Under the pieces are notes generated by a model. The model was given only the letters and a program-made list of their open reading frames with translations. It ran no database searches and was not told the DNA's origin. From NCBI RefSeq assembly GCF_001194135.2, contig NC_068985.1, forward strand, positions 118,490,107 through 118,554,106: a DNA stretch of 64,000 bases, in the 5' to 3' direction. Numbering within the stretch: the first letter of the stretch is position 1; every line of letters starts with the position of its first letter. The position numbers were made by a program, and so were the translations under genes. Positions 24,478-37,914 of this stretch are shown here, piece by piece. The DNA comes from Octopus bimaculoides (taxonomy: Eukaryota).

Positions 24478-25333
24478 TGTGGATTTTCCTGTTGTAGACA
24501 CAGATGAGGGTTCTGCAATTTATTACTGAACAACCTACACAGATAATTTGTTTATAGTGATCAAATGTTTGTGCATATATATCTATATGTGTGTGTGCAT
24601 GTGTGCACATGTATGTATGTCCACATGTATAGCATATATAAATACTTGTATATACTGAGTATAGTTGCAAAGACATTCTCAATGCACAAGTGTTTATACT
24701 GATGTGGCTATTTATGTGTGTGTGTGTGTATTATACATTTCTTTACAAGCATATATATTAACACTTGAGTTTATTCATTAATATTGGAAATGTGAAAGGT
24801 TAAGCTTCTAGGCAATGCTACTCTGTTATGAAAGAAAGAAAACACAGTGGAGGATGTAAGCACCAGGCTTGACCTTTCTGACCTTCCCACTGCTGTACGC
24901 CTTCTCCCTGCAGACACTTCATTGCTTAAGATTTTCTTTAAGTATACGGTCATTCCTTGTTTTTTTTTTGAAAAAAAAACAAACAGTTTTTATGTTCTTT
25001 TATTCTTTCACTTGTTTCAGTTATTTGACTGCAGCCATGCTGGAGCTCTGCTTTGAACTCAGGACTTATTTGCTAAGCCTAGTACTTATTCTATTATTCT
25101 CTTTTGATGAACCGCTAAGTTATGGGGATGTAAACACACCAGCACCAGTTGTCAAGCGGTCATGAGGAGACAGACACACACATACACACACATCATCGTT
25201 TAACATCCTCCTTCCATGCTGGCATGGGTTGGACAGTTTGACAGGAGCTGTCCCAGCAGGAGCCTGCACCAGACTTGTGTGTCTGTTTTGGCATGGTTTT
25301 TGTAGCAAAATGCCCTTCTTAACACCAACCACT

Positions 25334-25389
<56 letters not shown>

Positions 25390-25812
25390 ATATGACAGGC
25401 TTCTTTCAGTTTCTGTCTACTAAGTCCACTCAGAAGGATTTGGTTGGTCCGAGGCTATAGAAGACCCTTGCCCAAGGTGCCACGCAGTGAGACTGAACCT
25501 GAAACCATTTGGTTGGGAAGCAAGCTCCAGGCATGGCTATAGGTAAGGAATTTGATTCCCAACCATATATACTTAGTAGCCTCCTCTAGTGTTTATAGAA
25601 CACTTGTATTCCATGTTCTTAGTTATACATTGGTTATCCAAAGGACAATTGGATCTATCTCTGCATGAGCATAACTGTTTGATTTTGTTGGCTTGTGTAC
25701 ATCGAGCGCTGGAGGGATTGGTTCTGTTTGGTTGTTGATATTATCGTTTTATTATCACTATTTGTAAGTGTTCTCAGTTTATTATTTGAATTGTTGCTGG
25801 TGTTATTTGTTG

Positions 25813-25870
<58 letters not shown>

Positions 25871-26754
25871 TTTTAACATACTAATATTCTTGCTTAGAGT
25901 GATGTAGGTAGTTGTGATACTGTGCTTTAGTAGTTTTTAGACTGAATAGTCCAGTGTTGAACTGTTATTAGCAATAACCAGTTTTGCCTTTTTGTCTTCA
26001 CAGTTGTGTATATGAGGATCAATAGAATGCAACCTGGAATATATTCAGTTATTGTCTACTGAGTGTTAACACATTTAATGTTAATAACATCAGAAATCTA
26101 ATTAGAAATATTTATGTGGTGAGGAATAGAAAATGTTAACTTAATGACCAATATTTTTTAATCGTTTTTGGCAAGTGTGGGAGACAACTCTGGTTATCTT
26201 TCTGTCTTATTTAGTTTTTGCTAAGGTCTAATACGAAGGAAATATGTCTAGATTGTTTCCCATAAATATCAAAATGCTTTTTTTTTAAATTGGTCAAATT
26301 AACATTTTCTTTATCGTCATTTAGCATCCATTTTCCCTATTGGCATAGGTTAGAGGTTTGACTGGAGCTTGTAAGTCAGAGAGCTGCACCAGGCTCTAGT
26401 CTGTTTTGGCCTAGTTTCTATGGCTGGATACCCTTCCTGATGCCATCCACTCCACAGAATGTACCAGGTATCTTTTGTGTCACTGGCCATCACTTGATGT
26501 GTCTTGCTGTTTGCTACATATTTTAGAACTAACTTAACTACCATAATGTTTTTTTTTCTTTTAAAGCATTGATTTATCATTCAGTTTTACTATCAATTGT
26601 ATTAATTAAAAGAAAAAGTTAAGGTGTTTGCTATGCAACTTGGATTTAAATACACAGCACAGTACCCTGTTCAAGTTTTATCCCTTATTCTTCAGCAATA
26701 TCAAGTGGGAAGCTTGTTAGGTAGAGACCAGTTTGTGAATATGGAGGTGTACAC

Positions 26755-26799
<45 letters not shown>

Positions 26800-27214
26800 C
26801 ATGCACGCGTATGTATAAGTATGTAGAGAGGGATAGAGATGCGTGTATATATGTCCATATCTGTGTTTACATTAACACCAGTCTGAAAACAAGTATTACT
26901 TTTTATGTTGCATCTCTTTGTGTTCTGTAACTTATTAGTAATCTGACAAATAAAGAATGAAAAATAAGTAGTAGATAGAAATAAGTACCAGAGTTGATAT
27001 GATCAATTAAAACTCTTGAAGGTAGTGCCCTGGCATGGCTGCAATCCTATGATTGAAACTGGTAAAAGAATGAACAAATATTATGTGCATCTTTACTCAA
27101 GTCTACTAACCTCAATTGACTTAAGGAAACAGATATCAGAATGAACAAATATTATGTGCAATATACTCAAGTCTACTGACCTCAGTTGACTTAAGGAATC
27201 ATGTGTCAGAATCT

Positions 27215-27620
27215 TCAGAGAAAGTTATCCCATAAGCTAGCATGCTATTTCAATGAAAGATTTGTCTCTTATCTGTTTTGTTCTGCAGAAACTAGTTCTA
27301 ACCACTATCATGATGAACTTTTGCAGATAGCATAATTTTAGATCTGTATTTCCCATACTTGCATTGGTTGAACGTGTTGTCTTTAGCGCCATGACTTGCG
27401 ACTTGTTGCTTATGCTTTGTCTTTGTTCTCTGTGATGTTCAACATCCTGAGATTGGCCTTCATCTCTTTTTTTCCATGACTTCCTTGGAGGTTTTTTTCT
27501 GCAGATTCCTTCCACAGATATATACAAATGGTTAGTGTATTTTTTGATGAGTTGTGGTTAGTTTGGTTTTAGTGGACTTTGTCCTTAGCACTTTAGTTAA
27601 GCTAGCATGTCCAGAACCCT
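27215..27620 (-). mobile_element. Degenerate RTE LINE fragment (linker between APE and RT)
   Basis: Minus translation RKKPPRKSWKK...QSQDVEHHREQRQ resembles RTE linker sequence; many disruptions. Confidence 0.45.
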
Positions 27621-27753
27621 AGCTAAACACTTATAAAAAAATCTCTGGTATAAATTTTGGTTGTTTTTACTGTTGATGTGGTCTTTTCATCTTGTCATAT
27701 GCTTTAGTAGTTTCAGACCAACAGGGATAACCATATGTTAATTATCTAAGAAA

Positions 27754-27785
<32 letters not shown>

Positions 27786-28115
27786 GAGAAATATAATGTT
27801 TCTAAATCTCTCAGAGAGATTTAAGCAGTAGTGGAGCGATAAAGTTGTAGTGTATTGTCAACTTAATGTGACAATCCCAATAAGGGAACACACTACTGCC
27901 GTTTAGCCCTAGGAAGCTGGACCGCTTCCTGTCAGCCTTGACACAATTACTGTGTCCTTAAGTTTGCGAGGGGGAGACAAGCTCCTCCACCCAGCCTAGC
28001 NNNNNNNNNNNNNNNNNNNNNNNNNNNNNNNNNNNNNNNNNNNNNNNNNNNNNNNNNNNNNNNNNNNNNNNNNNNNNNNNNNNNNNNNNNNNNNNNNNNN
28101 NNNNNNNCTAAGAAA

Positions 28116-28147
<32 letters not shown>

Positions 28148-28302
28148 GAGAAATATAATGTTTCTAAATCTCTCAGAGAGATTTAAGCAGTAGTGGAGCG
28201 ATAAAGTTGTAGTGTATTGTCAACTTAATGTGACAATCCCAATAAGGGAACACACTACTGCCGTTTAGCCCTAGGAAGCTGGACCGCTTCCTGTCGGATA
28301 TA

Positions 28303-28541
28303 TCATCATCATCATCATCATCATTATCGTTTAACGTCCGCTTTCCATGCTAGCATGGGTTGGACGATTTGACTGAGGACTGGTGAAACCGGATGGCAAC
28401 ACCAGGCTCCAGTCTAATTTGGCAGTTTCTACTGCTGGATGCCCTTCCTAACGCCAACCACTCAGAGAGTGTAGTGGGTGCTTTTACGTGTCACCCGCAT
28501 GAAAACGGCCACGCTCGAAATGGTGTCTTTTATGTGCCACC
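28303..28541 (-). mobile_element. Young RTE 3' end
   Basis: Near-identical to the 18204 and 51032 copies; flanked by tatat and (TA)n. Confidence 0.88.
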
Positions 28542-28864
28542 ATATATATATATATATATCCTGGTGAGCTCACATTATTTTACTGGCATTGCCCCAGCAT
28601 AGCCACAACCTTAGGGCTGAAACATATAAAAGAATATATATTCTTTTATTCTTTTTCTTGTTTCAGTCATTAAACTGTGGCCATGCTGGGACACTGCCTT
28701 GAAGAATTGTTTTAGTTGAATGAATCAACCCCAGTAGTTTTTGTGTAATCCTGGTACTTATTTTATCTACCTTATTTACTGAACTGCTAAGTTATGGTGA
28801 TTTTTAAACACACCAACACCAGTTGTAAAGCAGTGGATGGGGGACAGACACAAGCACACACACA

Positions 28865-28917
<53 letters not shown>

Positions 28918-29573
28918 TACACATATGATGGGCTTCTTTCAGTTTTTGTCTATCAAATCCACTCACAAGGCTTTGGTCAGCTTGAGGCTATTGTAGAAGA
29001 CACTTGCCCGAGGTGCTGCGCAGTGGGACTGAACCCAGAACCATGTAGTTGGGAAACGAACTCCTTACCACACAATGATCCCTATATATATATATATNNN
29101 NNNNNNNNNNNNNNNNNNNNNNNNNNNNNNNNNNNNNNNNNNNNNNNNNNNNNNNNNNNNNNNNNNNNNNNNNNNNNNNNNNNNNNNNNNNNNNNNNNNN
29201 NNNNNNNNNNNNNNNNNNNNNNNNNNNNNNNNNNNNNNNNNNNNNNNNNNNNNNNNNNNNNNNNNNNNNNNNNNNNNNNNNNNNNNNNNNNNNNNNNNNN
29301 NNNNNNNNNNNNNNNNNNNNNNNNNNNNNNNNNNNNNNNNNNNNNNNNNNNNNNNNNNNNNNNNNNNNNNNNNNNNNNNNNNNNNNNNNNNNNNNNNNNN
29401 NNNNNNNNNNNNNNNNNNNNNNNNNNNNNNNNNNNNNNNNNNNNNNNNNNNNNNNNNNNNNNNNNNNNNNNNNNNNNNNNNNNNNNNNNNNNNNNNNNNN
29501 NNNNNNNNNNNNNNNNNNNNNNNNNNNNNNNNNNNNNNNNNNNNNNNNNNNNNNNNNNNNNNNNNNNNNNNNN

Positions 29574-29620
<47 letters not shown>

Positions 29621-30029
29621 GACACACATGCAAATGTATAATTGAGCGTGGAATGGAGAGGGGAAAGTAGTGCGTTGATTGCTACATGACTGGTAGCAGA
29701 GTGGGAGGTGGAGTGAGGTGAAGGGTAGATTGAAAAGGTTAAGAGGTCTATGTAAACTAGGAGAATGAGAAGTGTTTATTTAATACTGCAGATGAGGAAG
29801 TGTCTAGAGTGAAAATGAAGTAAGTTTGTGAGTGAAAGTCAAACTATAATGTAAGGTCACTCCACAGACAAGTGGTTCAAAGGGCTGTCTGGTGAATTAA
29901 AATGCTGTTTTACCAGTTTGAAGTCAGATGACACTTGGTTTCATACATGTATTGTGACCTACAGCATTTACAAGTCACCAAATACTTTGACCATCCTGGA
30001 CTAGGTTGCCTAATGTGTTCTTTTTGCAG

Positions 30030-30357
30030 CACTCTTGGCAGTGTCACGTAAAAGTGCCTGTGCGGCTTTATGTAAAAGCTCTTGTGCGACTCCATGCAAA
30101 AGCACCTGTGCAGCTCCATGTAAAAGCACTTTTGCAGTGCCATGTAAAAGCATCCGTTCGGTGCCATATACAATGCCCATGTGGTGCCATGCAAAAGCAC
30201 CCAACACACTCTGTAAAGTGGTTGGCATTAGGAAGGGCATCTCGTCATAGAATCCATGCTAAATCAGACTGGAGTTTGGTGCAGTGCTCTAGCTTGCCAG
30301 CTCTGGTCACACTGTTCAACTCATGCCAGCATAGGAAACAGACATTAAATGATGATG
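30030..30357 (+). mobile_element. Older RTE-type 3' UTR with a ~24-bp minisatellite
   Basis: About 7 units of tgtaaaagcacctgtgcagctcca followed by gtggttggcattaggaagggcatc...ttaaatgatgat. Confidence 0.7.
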
Positions 30358-30362
30358 TAGAG

Positions 30363-30850
30363 TAGGGGTGTCAAACTCATTTTAGTTTATGGGCCACATA
30401 TCAACCCAATTTGATCTCAAGCGAGCTGGATCAGTAAAATCATGGCATAAGACCCTATAAATAGCAATTTCAAAATTTTTCCTTTGTTTTAGTGAGTGAA
30501 GCTTTGTTTTATTGATGCTCATTACAGAGAAAACTTGTTCACAAAGGTAGGCAGTGCTGAACATGAACAAAACTTTTGCAGCAAGGGCTGTCAGTTTGGG
30601 GTACTTTAGCAAGAGATACTGATAAAATGTGTGCAAGTCCACCAAGGTAGATTTGTTCTTCAAAACTGAATCACACTGCAAGTCAATCATTTCAAGTTGG
30701 ATGTTGACAAGTAAATCAGAGGTGTTGACTGTAAATGGCAAGCAAAAAACTGGAATCTGAAACAGTTGCTCAAACTCTCATAGCAATCCCATGATATTGT
30801 CTTTGTACCGATTCATGTTAACATTATCTGCAGTCACAACCACATCTTCT
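30363..30850 (-). mobile_element. hAT (Buster/Charlie-type) transposase C-terminal fragment plus 3' TIR
   Basis: PFTVNTSDLLVNIQLEMIDLQCDSVLKNK...YPKLTALAAKVLFMFSTAYLCEQVFSVMSINKTKLHS resembles the hAT dimerisation domain; TIR taggggtgtcaaact at 30363. Confidence 0.88.
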
Positions 30851-30963
30851 AGACAAGGAAAATGTGCAGGGTCACCCACCACCTGACAGTTGTGTCTCCC
30901 AGCATTTATAAGTCACCAAATACTTTGACTGTCCTGGCTTGCAAAGGGTATCAAGAAGCAGAT

Positions 30964-31272
30964 CAGTGGTTCTCAAAGCAGGTGGTACTGCCCTTCTGGG
31001 GGCAGTGGGAAGATCCACTGGGGCACTGAAAGAAAGTGGGGACAATAATGGGGTGGCCAAAAGGAGGCAATGGATGTAACAACAAAATAAATAGGTTAAC
31101 TAGGTTAAGTTTTCATCATCATCATCAGGTTAAGTTTTATTTGTGAAATACTATTATTTTGAATTTGATGCAGAAAGTGGTCTAAATTTGTGGTGGTAAG
31201 TGGTATGGGGGCACTATGAATGTGGCCCAGGTACCAAGGGGGTGGCAGCCCAAAAAAGTTTGGGAACATCTG
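30964..31272. mobile_element. hAT-type MITE
   Basis: Imperfect TIRs cagtggttctcaaa / tttgggaacatctg; 8-bp flanks do not match, so the copy is old or rearranged. Confidence 0.65.
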
Positions 31273-31487
31273 GACTAGTTTATCTTATGTGTTCTTTTTA
31301 AGAGGTAGAGTGTGATTTAAAGGAGATTTGGCTGTTATTTCTAGTAGGCCATGCAACATATTAAAACTTGCGGCATTTACAAATCACCAAATACTTTGAA
31401 TCTTCTTGGCTTTCTAAGGGTATCTAGGACTACATTATCCAATGTATTCTACCATTTTTTTCCTTTAAGATGTAAAGTGTGATTTAA

Positions 31488-31711
31488 CCCTTTAGCATTC
31501 AGCTTGCTCTGTCAAATAAAATGCTTATTTATTTATTTACATTGAAAAAAGTTAGTCATGCATTACTTTGTAGCTTTGAGATTTCAGTGATGTGATTGTT
31601 TATTTTTTAGAATAATATTGTAGGATAAATGTAGGAGACCAGAACTGGCCAGTTTGAAGCTAAAACATGAGATCATTTTGGCTGGATATGGCCGGTTTAA
31701 ATGCTAAAGGG
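31488..31711. mobile_element. piggyBac-type MITE
   Basis: TIR ccctttagcatt / aatgctaaaggg with TTAA TSDs (31484-31487, 31712-31715). An empty-site paralog gtgtgatttaaaggagatttggctg lies at about 31310. Confidence 0.88.
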
Positions 31712-32669
31712 TTAAGAGAGATTTGGCTGTTATTTCTAGCAGGCCATGCTAAGGCTCCATTGTCAATAGTGTTTAAATTTGTCTTTGAAGATGCATATTG
31801 ATTCAATACAGTTGTAATTGATTATTACTGTTTTGATCTTAACCCTTTTGTGACCGTGTTTCTAATGAAATACACAGCCTCTTTTTTAATTAACTTTGAA
31901 AATAATAAAGAATTTGAAGGGATTTTGTGAAATGACTAAGTTTTTTTTACATTAATCTATTGTCTGGGGTATAACTTAACATGTCTGGTGCCAACTGATT
32001 GATCTAAAAGTTACTCAAATCAACAATTAATTGAATTACAACAAATGCTCAAAATATGGAAAATAGGTTATAGGATAAAGGTTATTTTGTCACATTTTAT
32101 TAAAAACAGTTTTTATTAAGATGTTATGCAATCTATATGTGTGTGTGTGGCCTTTATTATAGCAGTTCAAAATGTATAGTAATTGAATTAATATTTGAAA
32201 TTGGTGCTAATGCTTTTATTGTTCAAAGAAATTAGCACTTGAGCAAAATTAGGAAACTAGCTTTATATAATCTTAGAATATGAATAACTGAATATATGTA
32301 CATGCACATGTTTGTCATGTTTATGTTTACAATTAAAAAAAACATTGGTTTGTTTGAAACTGCAACAAAACTTATTCGCATTTCTCCAATACTATTTTTA
32401 TGTCCACTTTTTCAATATTGGTGTGGGTTAGAAAAGACACTTTGAATGAGTTTTGTATTGCCAGATGCTGTTTCTAATGCCAAACCTTGTTTACAAGAAA
32501 TGTTGGTATATATGGTTTGCTGGACTTAGGTATGAACTCCAAATATATGTTTTCCTATCTCCATGCTACCGGCGAGCTCAAATAGGGTTCATGTAGGAAC
32601 TGAGCTACTCAACAACTTCATAAAAAGGCACACCTTCCTGAAATTTGTAGAGTAACATAATAGCTGACT

Positions 32670-33050
32670 AAGTTAACCATCAGATATGGGGCAAGGCTCA
32701 AGAAGACATGGGGTGAAATATTGAAGGCTGATCTCAAAACCCCAATCCTTACAGAGATGACAGAGGAACAATATGTGATGCATTGCTGTACTCTAGAAGA
32801 ACTATCCACTGCAAGAGAATTGGTATCCTAAAACCAAGGTGCCATGTAAAAAGCATTGGTGTGGGTGCTGGTGCCATATAGAAAGCACTCAGTACACTCT
32901 GTAAAGTGGTTGGCATCAGGAAGGGCATCCAGCTGCTGAAACCAAGCCAAAACAAACTTTGAACCTGGTGCAGCCCCTGGCCCTGTCAGTTCTTTTCAAG
33001 CTATCTAACCCATGCCAGCATGGAAAGCAGATGTTAAATGTTGATGATGA
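32670..33050 (+). mobile_element. RTE LINE 3' end (ORF end plus UTR), degenerate
   Basis: GQGSRRHG / KKTWGEILKADLK-like remnant of GRPRKTW--V--DL, followed by the RTE UTR and gatgatga tail. Confidence 0.65.
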
Positions 33051-33892
33051 TTGATGAACATGAAAGTTGATAGATGGTTCTAAATATTCTTTTCCACTGT
33101 GGGCACAAGGCCTGAAATTTTTGTGGAGGGAGCCAGTTGATTATATCGACCCCAGTTCGCAACTGGTACTTAATTTATCAACCTCGGTGGAATTTGAACT
33201 CAGAACATAACAGCAGACGAAATACTGCTAAGCATTTTGCCTGGTGTGCTAATGATTCTACTGTCCTAGATGGTTCTAAATACTGAAAGGCAATTGTAGA
33301 AAACTCTACAAGTTGACCTTGGTGGAATTTGAACTCAGATGGACGAAATGCTGGAAAGCATTTTGTCTGGCCTGCTAACAGTTGTGCCAGTTCACTGCCT
33401 TAGATGTTAATTTAATTATAACTAGCATGTTGATGACAACTGGAATTTCCCAGAGGTTACTGGGGTTGTCTTAAACTTTGTGGAAAGAATTCATTAATAG
33501 CTGTATAGATTAAATGCCGAATATTCTAGACCAAACATTTTCCCTTTTCCAAGTATTGTATTAATTTGAAAAGGGGGGGGGGGGTCTGAAGGTGCCCCAT
33601 GGAAAAGTAGTTGGTTGTGATTACTTCAAAATTCCATTGTCTTTACAAATCTCACATACCCTCGCAGACTCTTAGGGAGGAGATGGAGGAGATTTAAATG
33701 ACTATAAACAATAATATATGGTAACATTTTTATATTCTGCACTGAGGTCGACATAAAATCCTTCATCTTAGACCTGGTCTCAAACTCCACCAGTGGTGAC
33801 CAACTAACTCAGCACACATGCACTCACCCCCACACACTATCATCCCCCCCATCACACATACAACAAAATCTTTGTATGTATATAACATATAT

Positions 33893-34297
33893 ACTCTTTT
33901 ACTCTTTTATTTGTTTCAGTCATTTGACTGCGGCCATGCTGGAGCACCGCCTTTATTCGAGCAAATCGACCCCGGGACTTATTCTTTGTAAGCCTAGTAC
34001 TTATTCTATCGGTCTCTTTTGCCGAACTGCTAAGTGACGGAGACATAAACACACCAGCATCGGTTGTCAAGCAATGCTAGGGGGACAAACACACACACAC
34101 AAACACACACATATGCATATATATATATACATATATACGACTGGCTTCTTTCAGTTTCCGTCTACCAAATCCACTCTCAAGGCTTTGGTCGGCCCGAGGC
34201 TATAGTAGAAGACACTTGCCCAAGGTGCCACGCAGTGGGACTGAACCCGGAACCATGTGGTTGATAAGCAAGCTACTTACCACACAGCCACTCCTGC
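33893..34297 (-). mobile_element. SINE family A, young full-length copy
   Basis: Reverse complement of 8211-8643 at high identity. Confidence 0.9.
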
Positions 34298-35151
34298 TCA
34301 GAATTTATCACAATCATCTCAACTACCATTGATATTTCTTCCTCTCCATCATTATCAATTTACTGTTAATTCTTCACACTGGTTTGAGCTGCATAGCCAT
34401 TGCAAATATTTGTGTGTGTATGTGTATGTACACACACACACAATATATATATATATGTACTTGTTTATGATTAACCTTATTAACATGTAAACCATTAACC
34501 TCTGAAATGATATCAGTGTTAAGTAGTGTAATTTAATCAATTTGAGTTGGTTTGAAGAATTTAATATTTATATGATATCTTCCCATTTTCATTTGTTCTT
34601 CATTAGATGTAACCTCAACCTGCTCCACTAACCGATTCCTATCAAATCAACCAGTTAAGTACTTAATATTTCTCCTGAATGGCAGCTTTCCCCTTCATTA
34701 CTACCATCTGTTACTTAGTCCATTAGAAAACCCAGTGAGATTCCTCCTACCGAATAATGATATTAATTTTTTTTTTTGGAGGTATGACAAGTTATCTGAT
34801 GAAGATATAAAAAATGATTAAATATAGGAAAAATTGAAATGTAGCCCAGTAACGACCTAGAACAACATCTTATCTATTTCAGTATCAACAACAACAATGG
34901 CAACAACAAAAACAGCAAGAATAACTAATCAGAAATGACTGTTTTAGATTTCAGTCCTCAACACTTATACATTTGCAATCAGTCTTTTGTTTGTGATTGC
35001 AATTTTGTTTCCTAACATATATGCAATCACATGGTTCTGGGTTCAATTCCAGTGCTTGGGACCTTTGGTAAGTGTCTTGTACTATCCTTGTAGCCTCAAC
35101 TGACCAAATCTTTGTGAGTGGATTTGACATATGGAAACTGAAAGAACCCCA

Positions 35152-35187
<36 letters not shown>

Positions 35188-36009
35188 ACACATATATATA
35201 TATATATGAATATGTATGTGTGTGTTTATACTCTACCATCACTTGACAACTGTACCAGCAGTATGTTAAAAAGCACCCATGCCAGTGCCATGTAAAAAGG
35301 CCACCTGTCCCAGTGTCACATGAGCAAGGACCTGTGCTGTTGCCATGTAAGATGCACCCAATATACTTTAGAAAGTGGTTGAAGTTAGGGAGGGCATCAA
35401 GCTGTAGAAACAATGCCAAAACAGATGACTGGCGCCTGGTGCAGCCCTCCAGCCTGCCAGCTTCTCTCAAACCTTCCAACCCATGCCAGCATGGAAAACG
35501 GCTGTTTACTGATGATGATGATGATCATCATCATCGTCATCATGTACACACACACACATTATATCATGTGATAATTCATTAGACCCTCTCCAAAATCTTG
35601 ATCATAATATTGAAAATTAATTGAAACCCTGCAGTCAGTCTCTGCTCGAAATCTAGCCTTAGAGGCTTACAGAAAACTGCATGTTAACACTGTAAGCCAA
35701 GGAAATGCTTGTTTAATTTTATTGTGCTGCTTTGTTGCTGCTATGAAGTAGCAAACAAGGCCACACTGTGGTTTCTGTTTAGAGCTTAGCAAATTCACCT
35801 TTTAACTATGGACACAACATGGTTGAAATGTCAGGATGTAACCCACCAATCACTCAACTGCTTGTCTTAATATCGTGTCGACATTGTATTTACAATGGAT
35901 TACAGGAAATTACAACCATTTTCTACAGACTGCAGACATTGTATTGTGTTCTTGTAGGCTAAATGTGTAGTTATTCTACTAATGTACCATCAAAGATGAA
36001 TGTGCATGT

Positions 36010-36094
<85 letters not shown>

Positions 36095-37914
36095 NNNNNN
36101 NNNNNNNNNNNNNNNNNNNNNNNNNNNNNNNNNNNNNNNNNNNNNNNNNNNNNNNNNNNNNNNNNNNNNNNNNNNNNNNNNNNNNNNNNNNNNNNNNNNN
36201 NNNNNNNNNNNNNNNNNNNNNNNNNNNNNNNNNNNNNNNNNNNNNNNNNNNNNNNNNNNNNNNNNNNNNNNNNNNNNNNNNNNNNNNNNNNNNNNNNNNN
36301 NNNNNNNNNNNNNNNNNNNNNNNNNNNNNNNNNNNNNNNNNNNNNNNNNNNNNNNNNNNNNNNNNNNNNNNNNNNNNNNNNNNNNNNNNNNNNNNNNNNN
36401 NNNNNNNNNNNNNNNNNNNNNNNNNNNNNNNNNNNNNNNNNNNNNNNNNNNNNNNNNNNNNNNNNNNNNNNNNNATTTTTTTGTGCACATACATTTAGTT
36501 GGATTGAATATGCATAGTGAATCAACTGATTGTAATATGCTTAAATTCTTTTACAGTCACAGTTTCTGTTGGTGTACTGATATTTCAGTTTGTAGAGGGT
36601 ATATAGAAACAAACTTCAGCTCTGCACTGATGTTGGCTTAAAACTTAGCTAAGCATTACATGGCTGGAATCTAAAATTATTTCAGCATCTTAAAGATTCT
36701 TAGTAATTTAGTCATGCAAACTAATAAAATGCTCAGATTTTCTTGGGTTGGCTGTGTGTGTGTGTTGGGTGGGGGTGGGTGTTAGATAATCTGTGTTGAT
36801 CTTTTATGCACACAATAGGATTCTGATCTTGATACTGCATAGCAAACCAGGTCAGTCAGTAAATGAACTGAAACAAAAGATATTACATATACACCTGAGT
36901 CTCTTCTTCAACAATGACCCCTACATCATTGGATAATAATGGTGATGGCACTTGCCATTGGTATGTGGTGGGGCATGGTGGTTAATGTTGTTGAATCTTT
37001 GTTCTGCTCCGTTTGAGCTAAGTTATAATTGAGGGATCGTTTAATCCATGACCATCCGGTCTGTCTGTATAACTTTGAAAGTATTGTCCCATGTGATGTT
37101 ACATTTTTGAGACATTAGGTCATGATTTGAGGGAAGTTTAGCTGTTATTTCTAGCAGGCTAGCTGACTGAATAGCAGTTCCCTCACTGAATTGAGTGAGT
37201 GTTGCTTTGATGGAAGAACACAGAATTGGGATTTGCTTGTGTTTGTCTGGATGTTTCAGCCTGAAAGGTGCAGACACCAACAAGGTATCTGGTACTTTTT
37301 ACACTCAGTTCCAGCTTGCTGTTTCGTTGCCATGTCATTTATTTATTGAAGTTTGAACATAGTAAGTTATAAATAAATAATTAAGATGTAAAAATGAATA
37401 AACAGGCTCATCACATTGTACTTAGTCTCAGATTGAAATTAGGTTCTGAAGACTTTTTTTAATGAATTTAGTATGGTTTGTTGACTGTTCCTTCCTATTG
37501 TCAGTAGTTTGGGAAGAAGTAGTGAGCAGACACAGGCATGACTGTATGGTCAGAGATTTTCTTCCCAACCACATGGTTCTGGGTTCAGTCCCATTGTGTA
37601 GCACCTTGGGCAAGTGTCTTCAACCGTAGCCTTGGGATGACCAAAGCCTTGTGAGAAGATTTAGAAGACAGAAACTGAAAGAAGCCCATTGTGTGTGTGT
37701 GTGTGAGGATGTCTCCCCTCACTGCTTGACAACTGGTGTTGTGTTTACATCCCTATAACTAAGCAGTTTGGCAAAAGAGATCAATAGAATAAGTACCAGG
37801 CATAAAAAAAATTTAAAAAAACTAGTGGAGTCAATTCATTTGACTAAAATTTCTTCAAGGCAATGCCCCAACATGGCCACAGTCTAATGACTGAAGCCAG
37901 TAAAAGATAAAAGA

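Noticed and set aside
30040-30200. Regularly spaced tgtaaaagc repeats resembling a CRISPR array
   Set aside because: Eukaryotic context, no cas genes, spacers similar to each other; a minisatellite in an RTE-type 3' UTR.
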